41,798 bases of DNA from NCBI GenBank assembly GCA_029568545.1, contig JAKQAH010000035.1, forward strand, positions 1-41,798, given 5' to 3'. The stretch's first letter is position 1; each line of letters starts with the position of its first letter. The position numbers were made by a program, and so were the translations under genes. The notes beneath the pieces were generated by a model. That model made no database searches, was not told the origin of the DNA, and saw only the letters and a list, made by a program, of their open reading frames with translations. Positions 15,567 through 24,410 of this stretch are shown in pieces. The stretch comes from Candidatus Omnitrophota bacterium (GTDB taxonomy: Bacteria > Omnitrophota > Gorgyraeia > Zapsychrales > Zapsychraceae).

Positions 15567-17506
15567 TTCCAGTCCCTTTTATAAGGAAAATTTTCTACAG
15601 ACATCATGCTACGAATAATATTTTTTTGGGGATGATCCTTCACATAATCGTCCGGATAATACGCAATATGCCGGGCCCCCGAAGCTACAAGCGCCTCCAA
15701 CCACTGGTTGACAATCTTGCTGTTAATCCATCTTTGTTTTTTCCAATCGAACGTTTGAACTTTAAAAACTGTTTTCTCAATCCCTTCGGGATGCGTCTTG
15801 ACGGCTGCCACAAGTTCTTTGAGCCATTTCTTGGGATTCTTGACCTCTTCCAGATACGGATAGGCCATAATGACCACATAATCGTAACGCTCAAGGCTCC
15901 GGCCGTAATCTTGAGAAAAACGCGCAATAGCCGATTCATCCAGGACAACAGGAGCATACAATGTTCTGGCCGATTCAATTTCGGGCCAGTATTTAGCAAC
16001 CGTCATGAGAAGATGCTCACTCAACGCATTGATCACCGTAACCTTCTCATCGATCCATTCGGATGTTTGGCCAGCATCGATCATCTTCGGATCCGTCAAC
16101 TCATCCTGGCCGGTAATTTCCTGATATTTTTTTATGGCATCGGGATGAAAATCTTCCCGGCTGTTCAAATAACCGTCATCCTGAAAAACAATGCCATCGA
16201 TACCGGCGTAGACCGCCAAATCTTCATAAAGTTTGGTCAATATCTCCCTGACTTCGGCGCTGAACGGGCTCAGGCGTTTGTACCACGCCGATGTGACCTG
16301 CGTTTCTCCCGAAACATATTCGCGGACATAAAGGTCGTCGCGCGCCATATCTTCCGGAAGTTCCAAACTTAGCATCGGCATCCAGGCATAAACCTTGACT
16401 CCGGCACGGGTTTTCAACTGATGGGCCACGCGGCTGAAAAGATCCTGTTTGACCGGCAATATCCTGTTCGGAAAATAAACCTCACGGATATTCCCCGTCG
16501 CATGATCATCACAAAAAGCCTGCAAATAAACCGTTGTCGGCCGGAGGTCTTTGATCCGGTCGAGAAAAACCCCCAGGTTCCTTTCCGTTTGCTCCGGGTC
16601 GGGATCATAGATCATATCCAAGTCGGCTTGAACAATGCGGTTTTGCGGATACAGATTAGGGGCTAATTTCAAGTCTTTAAGTAAATCAACGATCCGGGGG
16701 TTTTCGTAAACCAGGAACCGATTGATTTGATCAAAGGGGCTCTTCGTAACCACCTTATCATTCAGAGTAAACCCGATCTGAAACCCGACCTTTTTTGCCT
16801 CTTCGACAGCTATTTCGTTATAAAGACCATACGGCCACACAAGAGCCCTAATGGCCTGCCCCGTCTTCTTTTCTAATATCTCCTTGGACATCTTTAGATC
16901 GGCATAAACACGTTCCTGATAGGCCTCCCGGCTTTCGTATGTTCCCGTTTGCGTATCGAACGCACGGCTAACGGCCGCCGCCGCTTTGTTCCCCTGAGGA
17001 TTGTACGTGATGCCGGTATGCAAATTCTGGGAATGCGAAACAACCTCGACATAGGGGCTCTCGGCAACTTCCCGGATCTGGTCCCAATTCATCAGCGGAT
17101 GCATGACGTATTCGGGCCTCTCTCCGTCGATCCAATTGGTGACCACCGCCAACATGCTGGGGATCTCATATTCTTCCAGAAGCGGATAGACAAAGTCATA
17201 AAAACTGTCGTAGGCATCATCGAACGTCAGCAAAATGGTTTTTTCCGGAAGTTCCTTATCCCCGTTCTTGGATTGGATCAAATCGTCGAGGCTGATAAAT
17301 GTATACCCGTGCATCTTAAAATATTCAATCGTATCGATCAGGCTTTTTTGATCAACCCCCGTATTGTCCAAATCGACCTCTTTAGGCACATCGTGATAGC
17401 AGAGAATGATCGTGCCTTCATAGGCCCGCAAAACAGGCGGTGATACGAAGAAAAAGGCGGCCGCCAAGAGCGCCACTATCCCGATTTTTTGTTTTCTGTT
17501 CATCAT
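15563..17506 (-). CDS. pgaB: PNAG N-deacetylase/hydrolase PgaB
   Basis: LCYHDV, TFDDAY, HSQNLH, WPYG; C-terminal DLDMIYDPD, VYLQAF, YAWMP, YYPDD. Confidence 0.95.
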   Translation of the reverse strand: MMNRKQKIGIVALLAAAFFFVSPPVLRAYEGTIILCYHDVPKEVDLDNTGVDQKSLIDTIEYFKMHGYTFISLDDLIQSKNGDKELPEKTILLTFDDAYDSFYDFVYPLLEEYEIPSMLAVVTNWIDGERPEYVMHPLMNWDQIREVAESPYVEVVSHSQNLHTGITYNPQGNKAAAAVSRAFDTQTGTYESREAYQERVYADLKMSKEILEKKTGQAIRALVWPYGLYNEIAVEEAKKVGFQIGFTLNDKVVTKSPFDQINRFLVYENPRIVDLLKDLKLAPNLYPQNRIVQADLDMIYDPDPEQTERNLGVFLDRIKDLRPTTVYLQAFCDDHATGNIREVYFPNRILPVKQDLFSRVAHQLKTRAGVKVYAWMPMLSLELPEDMARDDLYVREYVSGETQVTSAWYKRLSPFSAEVREILTKLYEDLAVYAGIDGIVFQDDGYLNSREDFHPDAIKKYQEITGQDELTDPKMIDAGQTSEWIDEKVTVINALSEHLLMTVAKYWPEIESARTLYAPVVLDESAIARFSQDYGRSLERYDYVVIMAYPYLEEVKNPKKWLKELVAAVKTHPEGIEKTVFKVQTFDWKKQRWINSKIVNQWLEALVASGARHIAYYPDDYVKDHPQKNIIRSMMSVENFPYKRDWK

Positions 17507-17523
17507 TTTACCTTTTCACCACT

Positions 17524-17602
17524 GTCATTCTGAGCGAAGCGAAGAATCTAGACCGACAAGATTCTTCTACCCCATACTTAAACGATGGGGTATCAGAATG
17601 AC
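17524..17602. repeat. REP/MITE-like palindromic element between pgaA and pgaB
   Basis: Terminal IR GTCATTCTGA/TCAGAATGAC enclosing GCGAAGC and two inner stems (GAAGAATCT/AGATTCTTC, TACCCCAT/ATGGGGTA). Confidence 0.75.
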
Positions 17603-17608
17603 GAAATG

Positions 17609-20600
17609 TTAAAACTTAAACCTTAGCGTCGTGTAAACATTCAGCGCATCCGTGCCTTCCCCGTCATATTCGTTCATGCTGTAGGTCGCCCCGATCAGCC
17701 AGCTCTTGGTGTCGGAGAACTGATGGTCCTGCTCATAACGGATATATCCCACGTCGCTGCTTCCGAAATTATCCTGCCATTTTTTTCCCACCCCGACATA
17801 CATGCGGTCGACCCAGGCTTTGTCATAGCGCCGGAACCATGTATGTTCGACCATCGGGACGAGATAGAACGAATAAACTTCCTCAGGGCTGAAATAGCCG
17901 ACGTCCTGGTCGGCAAAAGTTTCATAGCTGAATTCCGTTCCAAGGCGCGTTTTCCAATAAGCAGACGTGGTCAAAGCTGTATCCGTCCTCCAAAAATAAT
18001 TAAAATATTCGTTATCATCCGTAAAATCTTTATAAGAAACCCCGAGCGTCGTATCAAACACTTCGCTGGCCCGATAAGTGGCCGACAATGTGTAGCGGTC
18101 CGCCTCGACGCCATCCGCTCTTGACCGCGAAGGAATATCCAACGTATTGGATTCATACCCAAAATCAAAGGTCCAATGATCATCCGGCTGGTAGCGGACT
18201 TCCCCCAAAAATCCCAGTTCATCAGTTTCCTCATAATCGCCGGTCAAAGCGCCTACCAGGCGCCAAGCGTTGTTGACCTGCCATTCATCCCCAATTCTGA
18301 ATTTGCGCGCAATCTCGTTGCCGTCTACCTGATTCGTTTCGCGGCGGATGATCTCGGCGAACAAATTATGATGAAACCCGACCGGTTGATCTCCGCGCAG
18401 CGAAAGCGTGAATTCTTCATCCCCTGGCCATTCAGTCGTATAGCTGCCGCTAAACGTCACCGTGGACATTTCCTCCACTTCAAAAGCGCGTTGGAGGCGC
18501 TGCGCGTGTTTATTAGTCGGCTTCTTCTCTAATATGGCCTTGAGCTCTTCCCGCGCCTCTTCTTTCTGCATGTTCTCATTGAGCGCCCGGGCGTACCCGA
18601 TACGGGCGGATATCAGCGTATCATCGATCGTGCGGACCGCTTTAAAATCTTCCAACGCCCGGCGTTTCCAGCCGCGATATAAATGATTATGGGCCTCCGC
18701 CGTTCTTAAATCCGTATTAAACGGCGATACTTTTTTCACATCTTTAATATATTTTTCCGCTTCTCTTAAGCGGTCCTGGTACATCAACAACCACGCCTTG
18801 TTGAAGGCAATGTCCGCCTTCTGCCAGTTATCTTGCAAAATCCCGCGCTCGATGATCTTCTCCGGCGTTACTTGGTCGATCCGGTCCAATTTCTCTTGCG
18901 CTTCTTTAAACCTTCCCAGATCGACGAGCGTATAGTACACCGACATTTGCACATCAAACGATGGATCCGTTTGGGCCAATCTGTTAAAAATTTCCAATGC
19001 TTCTTCGGGCTTCTCGAGATAGAGGTAAGCATCTGCCGCCGACCGTTCAACCCATGGCGGGACCTCTGTTCCTTCCCGGACAAGAGCCTCATAGGCGTCG
19101 ACAATCTCCTGCATCTTCTCTTCCTGCCGCAGCGCCAGGAACCGATCCCATTGAACCCGTTGATAATTCTCCGACACTTTTTCATCTTCCGGATTTTCCG
19201 AGGATGCGCGTTCATATTCCTCTTGGAATTGGTCGATCTTCTGCAAAGCCAACTTCGATTCCTCCCAACGGATCTCATGCATCGGAACGTTCGTCCGCGC
19301 GCGCTCGACTACGACAGCATCAACAATATCGGGATGCTGTTCCGCTTCCCTAAGAACAATGCTTGTCGCGCCGAGATCCATCAAGCTCCTGAGTTTGAGG
19401 TTGAATGCCGCACGATTATCGGGAAAGATCTTTAGGATTTGGTCATAGACTTTCACGGCCTTCCAATATTCGCCGGTCGCATCATAAATTTCGGCCTTGA
19501 GGAACATCGCTTCCTGTTGCTGCGGATCCGCCTTTAAAACCTCGTCGATCAAACTCAAAGCTTTTTCTGTATCCCCTTCTTCCATATTCGACCGGATAAA
19601 AGCCAACTGGACCCGATTCGCATACTCTTGTTCCTCGATGGCTTCAACATAGGGAGCAATATATTGCCAATGCTTTTCCGGCAATGCGATCTCCTTATCG
19701 CATCTTTTATAGGCGCGGGCGACTTCTTTAAGAAAATACGGGGCCGGATCCTGATCGATATTCATCTGCTGATAATCCGAAACGGCTTGCTCAAAATTTT
19801 CCTGCCAGATGTAGATGACAATGCGGTCCATTGCGATCTGCTGCGATTTATTCTCAAAAACCTCCAGCCGATCAAGAAGGCCTAACGCCTCATTAAATTG
19901 ATCCTGGCGGGCAAAGGCAATAGCCTCATCATAAACCAGATAAAACCCTTCGTTCATATCGCTTAATATATCGGCTGGCAGAGAATCCCCGGCCTCTTTT
20001 TTGATCTGTTCGATCGCATCAAAGAATCCCTTCCACTGTTTCTGGGAAGCGTAAAGCAGCGCTTGTAAACTTTGCAAGCGCAATGCGTCGGAATGGTCCT
20101 CTACGGCCTTGCTCAATAGGTTCTGGGCAGATGCAAGATCCCCGGTCTGGACCAAGGCATAGATCAGGTTGATCTTTACATCTATATCGGTGGGATCTTT
20201 TTGAAGAACATCTTTCGAGAGGTCAATAGCATCCGCATAACGCCCGACTTCTTTGAGAGCTTTGATGATTTCTTTCAATACCGAATCCGGCAAATCAGCC
20301 CCGGAATTCTGATCATAAACAGCCAGCGACTCTTCATATTTCTCCGCCCAAGCCGAAATAGCGATATAGTCGGCAAGGATCCCGGGATCTTCCGGGTATT
20401 CATGATAGGCCTTTTGGATATAGCTATAAGCGGAGATCAAATCACCATTGCGGGCATATTGAACAGCCTTGTCGTGATCGCTGAGAACGATCGGCCCGAC
20501 AGTTTGCTCAATGTCCGTGATAATGGGAATCGTTTTCTCTACGCTCAGGTCTTCCCCATAACTATTAGCCGGACATAAGCAAAAAAGAGCGATCGAAATA

Positions 20601-20626
20601 TATATGACTTTTCTTTTAAATGCCAT
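17609..20626 (-). CDS. pgaA: PNAG export porin PgaA (TPR plus beta-barrel)
   Basis: Signal peptide, TPR region (ADYIAISAWAE, DRFLAL, AADAYL), barrel with YFSP, C-terminal Phe; first gene of the pga operon. Confidence 0.92.
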   Translation of the reverse strand: MAFKRKVIYISIALFCLCPANSYGEDLSVEKTIPIITDIEQTVGPIVLSDHDKAVQYARNGDLISAYSYIQKAYHEYPEDPGILADYIAISAWAEKYEESLAVYDQNSGADLPDSVLKEIIKALKEVGRYADAIDLSKDVLQKDPTDIDVKINLIYALVQTGDLASAQNLLSKAVEDHSDALRLQSLQALLYASQKQWKGFFDAIEQIKKEAGDSLPADILSDMNEGFYLVYDEAIAFARQDQFNEALGLLDRLEVFENKSQQIAMDRIVIYIWQENFEQAVSDYQQMNIDQDPAPYFLKEVARAYKRCDKEIALPEKHWQYIAPYVEAIEEQEYANRVQLAFIRSNMEEGDTEKALSLIDEVLKADPQQQEAMFLKAEIYDATGEYWKAVKVYDQILKIFPDNRAAFNLKLRSLMDLGATSIVLREAEQHPDIVDAVVVERARTNVPMHEIRWEESKLALQKIDQFQEEYERASSENPEDEKVSENYQRVQWDRFLALRQEEKMQEIVDAYEALVREGTEVPPWVERSAADAYLYLEKPEEALEIFNRLAQTDPSFDVQMSVYYTLVDLGRFKEAQEKLDRIDQVTPEKIIERGILQDNWQKADIAFNKAWLLMYQDRLREAEKYIKDVKKVSPFNTDLRTAEAHNHLYRGWKRRALEDFKAVRTIDDTLISARIGYARALNENMQKEEAREELKAILEKKPTNKHAQRLQRAFEVEEMSTVTFSGSYTTEWPGDEEFTLSLRGDQPVGFHHNLFAEIIRRETNQVDGNEIARKFRIGDEWQVNNAWRLVGALTGDYEETDELGFLGEVRYQPDDHWTFDFGYESNTLDIPSRSRADGVEADRYTLSATYRASEVFDTTLGVSYKDFTDDNEYFNYFWRTDTALTTSAYWKTRLGTEFSYETFADQDVGYFSPEEVYSFYLVPMVEHTWFRRYDKAWVDRMYVGVGKKWQDNFGSSDVGYIRYEQDHQFSDTKSWLIGATYSMNEYDGEGTDALNVYTTLRFKF

Positions 20627-20760
20627 CTTTTATATCCTAAATCCTATATTTTCATTTCTTTCGATGAGCAGGACTTTCCTACTTTGTCCTAATAAAGCCC
20701 ACCCATAATAGGAAGTATATACTATATAAGAGCGAAAAAACAAGATGCGCGCGAAGTATC

Positions 20761-20792
20761 AAAAAAAAATCCCCATTTCTCAGTTGGGGATT
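20761..20792 (-). terminator. Intrinsic terminator after tadA
   Basis: AATCCCCA-ACTGAGAAA-TGGGGATT followed by a T run. Confidence 0.7.
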
Positions 20793-20859
20793 AAGTTATT
20801 TGTTTCCAGCATCTTATGATCATTTTCTTCCTTTCTTTATTTTAAATATAAAATTATAT

Positions 20860-21345
20860 TTATCCCTCCTTCCTTAATTCTGCCCTTTTTTTATGAAAAA
20901 ACTGACTTATCAAGCCCCCGCATTCTTCCTCTAAAACCCCTCGAAAAACATCCATGCTGTGATTGAGCTGATTGTTTTGAGCAATATTGAGGACGGATCC
21001 GCAGGCTCCCGTCTTAGGGTCGGCAGCGCCAAAATAAATTGTTTTGATGCGCGCCAGGACAAGAGCGCCAACACACATACTGCAAGGCTCAAGAGTCACG
21101 TAGATCGCGCAATCATAAAGCCATTTGCATGACAAGGCGCTGGCGGCTTGGGTAATCGCGATCATCTCCGCATGAGCCGTAGGATCTTTGAGCATCTCCA
21201 CCTGGTTATGCGCCCTGGCGATGATTTTATTCTCACGAACGATCACGGCGCCGACAGGGACTTCATCTTTGGCGAAAGCGTCCTTCGCCTGCCTTAGCGC
21301 TTCCTTCATGAAAGCATGTTCGGGGTGAAGAATGGATTTCTCCAT
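20860..21345 (-). CDS. tadA: tRNA adenosine(34) deaminase
   Basis: EVPVGA, PTAHAE, TLEPCSMC, DPKTGACGS, QLNH, FF. Start probably 21345. Confidence 0.95.
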   Translation of the reverse strand: MEKSILHPEHAFMKEALRQAKDAFAKDEVPVGAVIVRENKIIARAHNQVEMLKDPTAHAEMIAITQAASALSCKWLYDCAIYVTLEPCSMCVGALVLARIKTIYFGAADPKTGACGSVLNIAQNNQLNHSMDVFRGVLEEECGGLISQFFHKKRAELRKEG

Positions 21346-21349
21346 CAGG

Positions 21350-22978
21350 CTATTTTCGTTTTGATTGTTTAAAAGAGCCATAAACCGGAAGCAAGATCGT
21401 CACAAGAGTTCCCTTATGGACATCGCTTTTGATCATGACTTCGCCCTGATGGCTTGTGATAATGGAATAAACAACGGAAAGCCCGAGCCCTGAGCTTTTT
21501 GCCAGCCCATGGGATTTGGTGGTAAAAAACGGCTCGAAAACACGGCCCAAAACCTCGGGAGGGATCCCGATGCCGTCGTCCTGGCAATCAATGCGCACGG
21601 AACGGGCCTTTTGGCAGGTCGCTTTGATCCGGATCTTCCCTCCGCCGCTGGGTAACGATTGAATCGCATTGCTTAATACATTGTTCAAGGCCTGGCCTAA
21701 ATCAAACGCCCCGATCGCCACCCGAGGCAAATGTGAACTGATCTTTAAGGCAACATCAATATCCGAAGATTCCAACGAATGTTTTAAAAGATTGACGGTT
21801 TCCCGGATCACCGCGTCAACATCGCAGTGCCGCCCTTCCACTTTTGCCTTCCTTCGGCTGAGGCTAACAATTTTCTCCGTCGTCTCATAGCAGTATTTCA
21901 CCTGATCGTTGATCGTGCGCAGCGTTTTCATGATGTCGCTGAATTCCTTGTAGCCGATATATTCAAAATAACAATTCTGGTATTTGTTGATTAATCCCTG
22001 GGAACGAACCGCGAGGCCTTTGAGCGGGTGCTGGATCTCGCGGGCCATCCCGGCGACAAAATGCTGCAAGGCCTTCATCTTTTCCGATTCCCGGACAAGC
22101 TTCTCCATTTCTTTCCTCTGGCTCATGTTGCGGAACAGCACATGGGCCTGGGTCACTTTCTTGCCGATAAAAATCGGCGAAGCAATAAATTCCGACGGGA
22201 TGATCTTACCATCCTTGCTCCTTATATCGAGATCGTTGCAAACCGAAGGGGCCCCGCCTTTGACCAAGCTGAAACACGCTTGCGCTTTCGGCAAGGACGA
22301 CCGTTCCATATAGGCGCTAAAATGCGTGCCGATGACTTTTGAGACCGGCATCTTGAACATTTGCGCTGCCGCTTTGTTGGCGTACATGATCATGCCGTTC
22401 ATATTGACCATCAAAATGCCTTCGGCCGCCTGTTCGCTCAAGACCCGATAGCGGTCCTCGGACGCTTTCAGCCTGGTTTGAAAAGCCAGCTGCTGGGTGA
22501 TATCCCGCCCGACCGTCAGGATGTAATCTTCGGACCTGTAGACCATATGCGCGGCGGTGATTTCAATCGTCCGGACCTTGCCCCCCTTGACGAGCCGGTT
22601 GATGATATAGACGGCCGGTTTTTTCTTTTTTCTGATCTCGTCAAAATATGTTTTCTTCCATTTGGAAAAACCTATTTTCTCCTGGAAGAAATCTGTTACC
22701 GGACGGTATAAAATGTCTTTAAGAGGGTACCCGAGACCCCGGACCGTCGCTTTATTGACAAAAATAATGCGCGCCCGGCTGTCCGATATCATGACCTCGT
22801 CGCCTATTTGGTCCACAACGTGCCGGAAAAAATCCGGACCGTCTTTGGAAAAAGGCGGATTCTTTGAGGCGTTTTCAAAAGATATTCGATGGGAAGAATA
22901 TTTTGATCGGGAAGATCGACCCAAGGATGCGGGAGAGCGCGATTCGGAAGGCTGGGAACGCTTTTTTTGCATCGTCAT
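21350..22978 (-). CDS. Cytoplasmic two-PAS sensor histidine-kinase-like protein with a degenerate H-box
   Basis: Two PAS domains; N box NVLSNAIQS, DDGIGI, FEPFFTTK, GLGL; H-box reads AREIQHPL. Start uncertain. Confidence 0.88.
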   Translation of the reverse strand: MTMQKKRSQPSESRSPASLGRSSRSKYSSHRISFENASKNPPFSKDGPDFFRHVVDQIGDEVMISDSRARIIFVNKATVRGLGYPLKDILYRPVTDFFQEKIGFSKWKKTYFDEIRKKKKPAVYIINRLVKGGKVRTIEITAAHMVYRSEDYILTVGRDITQQLAFQTRLKASEDRYRVLSEQAAEGILMVNMNGMIMYANKAAAQMFKMPVSKVIGTHFSAYMERSSLPKAQACFSLVKGGAPSVCNDLDIRSKDGKIIPSEFIASPIFIGKKVTQAHVLFRNMSQRKEMEKLVRESEKMKALQHFVAGMAREIQHPLKGLAVRSQGLINKYQNCYFEYIGYKEFSDIMKTLRTINDQVKYCYETTEKIVSLSRRKAKVEGRHCDVDAVIRETVNLLKHSLESSDIDVALKISSHLPRVAIGAFDLGQALNNVLSNAIQSLPSGGGKIRIKATCQKARSVRIDCQDDGIGIPPEVLGRVFEPFFTTKSHGLAKSSGLGLSVVYSIITSHQGEVMIKSDVHKGTLVTILLPVYGSFKQSKRK

Positions 22979-23047
22979 TTGTGCTCTTTTAGAATTTGGC
23001 GCGCCGGGACCCCTAGCTAAGAAAAGCGAGGTAAGCACCACGGCTTT

Positions 23048-23124
23048 TGGTGCGCCTGAGAGGATTCGAACCTCTAACCCTCTGCTCCGTAGGCAGATGC
23101 TCTATCCAATTGAGCTACAGGCGC
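23048..23124 (-). tRNA. tRNA-Arg(ACG)
   Basis: GCGCCTGTAGCTCAATTGGATAGAGCA-TCTGC-CTACGGA-GCAGA..GGTTCGAATCC..CAGGCGC-A-CCA, 77 nt. Confidence 0.97.
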
Positions 23125-23155
23125 AAATTACAATAATTTTTATTTAGAACAATTT

Positions 23156-23325
23156 GCGCCAGTACCCCTTCGTTCAAGTCCTGGGTGCAGGCGCAAACGA
23201 CAATAATATTTTATTTAGAGACATTTGCGCCAGTACCCCGTCTACCAACTCAGGGTGCAGGCGCATGCAAAACAAAAACAAATAATCCCCGCTAGTACCC
23301 CATCCAATAACTCCGGGTAAGGCGC
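23156..23325 (-). repeat. Tandem array of three tRNA-leader hairpin units (23156-23194, 23227-23264, degenerate about 23289-23325)
   Basis: GCGCCTGCACCC-N13/14-GGGGTACTGGCGC with similar AT-rich linkers, period about 70 nt. Confidence 0.85.
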
Positions 23326-23359
23326 GCATGAAAAATATTATCAGTAACTTTTGTGCAGT

Positions 23360-23387
23360 ATTATATCAGCGATTTTGATATTGGCAA
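23360..23387 (-). promoter_or_regulatory. Putative sigma-70 promoter of tRNA-Arg
   Basis: TTGCCA-N16-TATAAT upstream of the repeat array. Confidence 0.55.
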
Positions 23388-23453
23388 GAAGGTTGTGCGG
23401 CTTTACTCTGGAAAGATGATCCTGGGAGCATCCCCATCATACCGGGATAGAAA

Positions 23454-23831
23454 TCATCTGTTGGCGCCCAGGCAAGTTTCTATTTTATGAATGAGTTCAG
23501 GGGGCGCGATCGGCTTGATCAAATATTCCTTGACCCCCTCGCATTTGAACACTTCTTCCATTTCTTCTTTAGCCGTTATAACAATGACGGGCAGCATGGG
23601 CTGGCGCTCAACCACCCTCAGGGCCCGCAGCGTGCGGATGAACACATACCCGTCCATGGACGGCATCATCACATCCAGGACAATCAGATCGGGCTGGCAG
23701 TTCCGGACCTGTTCCAGGCCTTCGTTGCCGTCATTCGCCGTGTACACCTCATATTGTTTTTTCAGCAAAGCAGCTTTGACCATCTCAACGACCGTTCGGT
23801 CATCGTCGATAACAAGGATTTTATGCGCCAT
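23454..23831 (-). CDS. Single-domain response regulator (receiver)
   Basis: ILVIDDD, LDVMMP, ITA, IKP; AGGAG before the ATG. Confidence 0.93.
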   Translation of the reverse strand: MAHKILVIDDDRTVVEMVKAALLKKQYEVYTANDGNEGLEQVRNCQPDLIVLDVMMPSMDGYVFIRTLRALRVVERQPMLPVIVITAKEEMEEVFKCEGVKEYLIKPIAPPELIHKIETCLGANR

Positions 23832-24041
23832 ATCTCCTGCCTTTAAACAAAGGTTGGCATCCTTCGGATGCTTTTGGAACTATGCTCATATTATAAATTT
23901 CCGTATCGGATAAACAATAAAAAAATATTTTTTGCTGCCCCTTAAAAAAGCCCCCAAAACGCTAATGGCACGGATGAAAAACTGCTAATAATCATTGCTT
24001 TCATCCAAGAGTTCGATAGAATGCCCTTAAGGAGCGTTGTT

Positions 24042-24389
24042 ATGGGCTTGAACGACCTGATGAACAAGATCCGGTACTGGGATAACCTGACAGCGAAATG
24101 GCTGATGCGCCATTTTTATTTCATGTTCTTCCAGATCGTCCTGTTCGTGATCTTCCTGTTCTGGTTCGTCAATATGTTCAACGTCATCGACACGAACTAC
24201 CAGATCTCGGAAGCATCGGCTCTGGAACGCGCCGTCATGACGCAATCGATCAATACCACCATTATCGTCCTGCTTTTGCTTCTTAATTCCTTCTGGATGC
24301 TTTACATTTTTAACGGCATCCAGCGGCTCACGAGCATCCTCAAAGACGTCAGCTACAACATCACCCGCCTGCGCAACCAAAATAAATAA
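24042..24389 (+). CDS. Hypothetical two-TM membrane protein
   Basis: AAGGAG 7 nt before ATG 24042; two hydrophobic helices; fills the gap convergent with ftsA. Confidence 0.75.
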   Translation: MGLNDLMNKIRYWDNLTAKWLMRHFYFMFFQIVLFVIFLFWFVNMFNVIDTNYQISEASALERAVMTQSINTTIIVLLLLLNSFWMLYIFNGIQRLTSILKDVSYNITRLRNQNK

Positions 24390-24410
24390 CCGTTTCAACC
24401 GATCGCGGAC

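Noticed and set aside
13441-20626. pga operon as an island integrated at tRNA-Ser
   Set aside because: It lies on the 5' side of the tRNA; no integrase or duplicated tRNA end was seen.
22979-23041. N-terminal extension of the PAS kinase to GTG 23041
   Set aside because: It would start 6 nt after the tRNA CCA, leaving no room for an RBS.
23118-23325. CRISPR array interpretation of the repeats upstream of tRNA-Arg
   Set aside because: Variable parts are only 13-14 nt and mutually similar, the repeat includes the tRNA's own 5' end, and there are no cas genes in the window.
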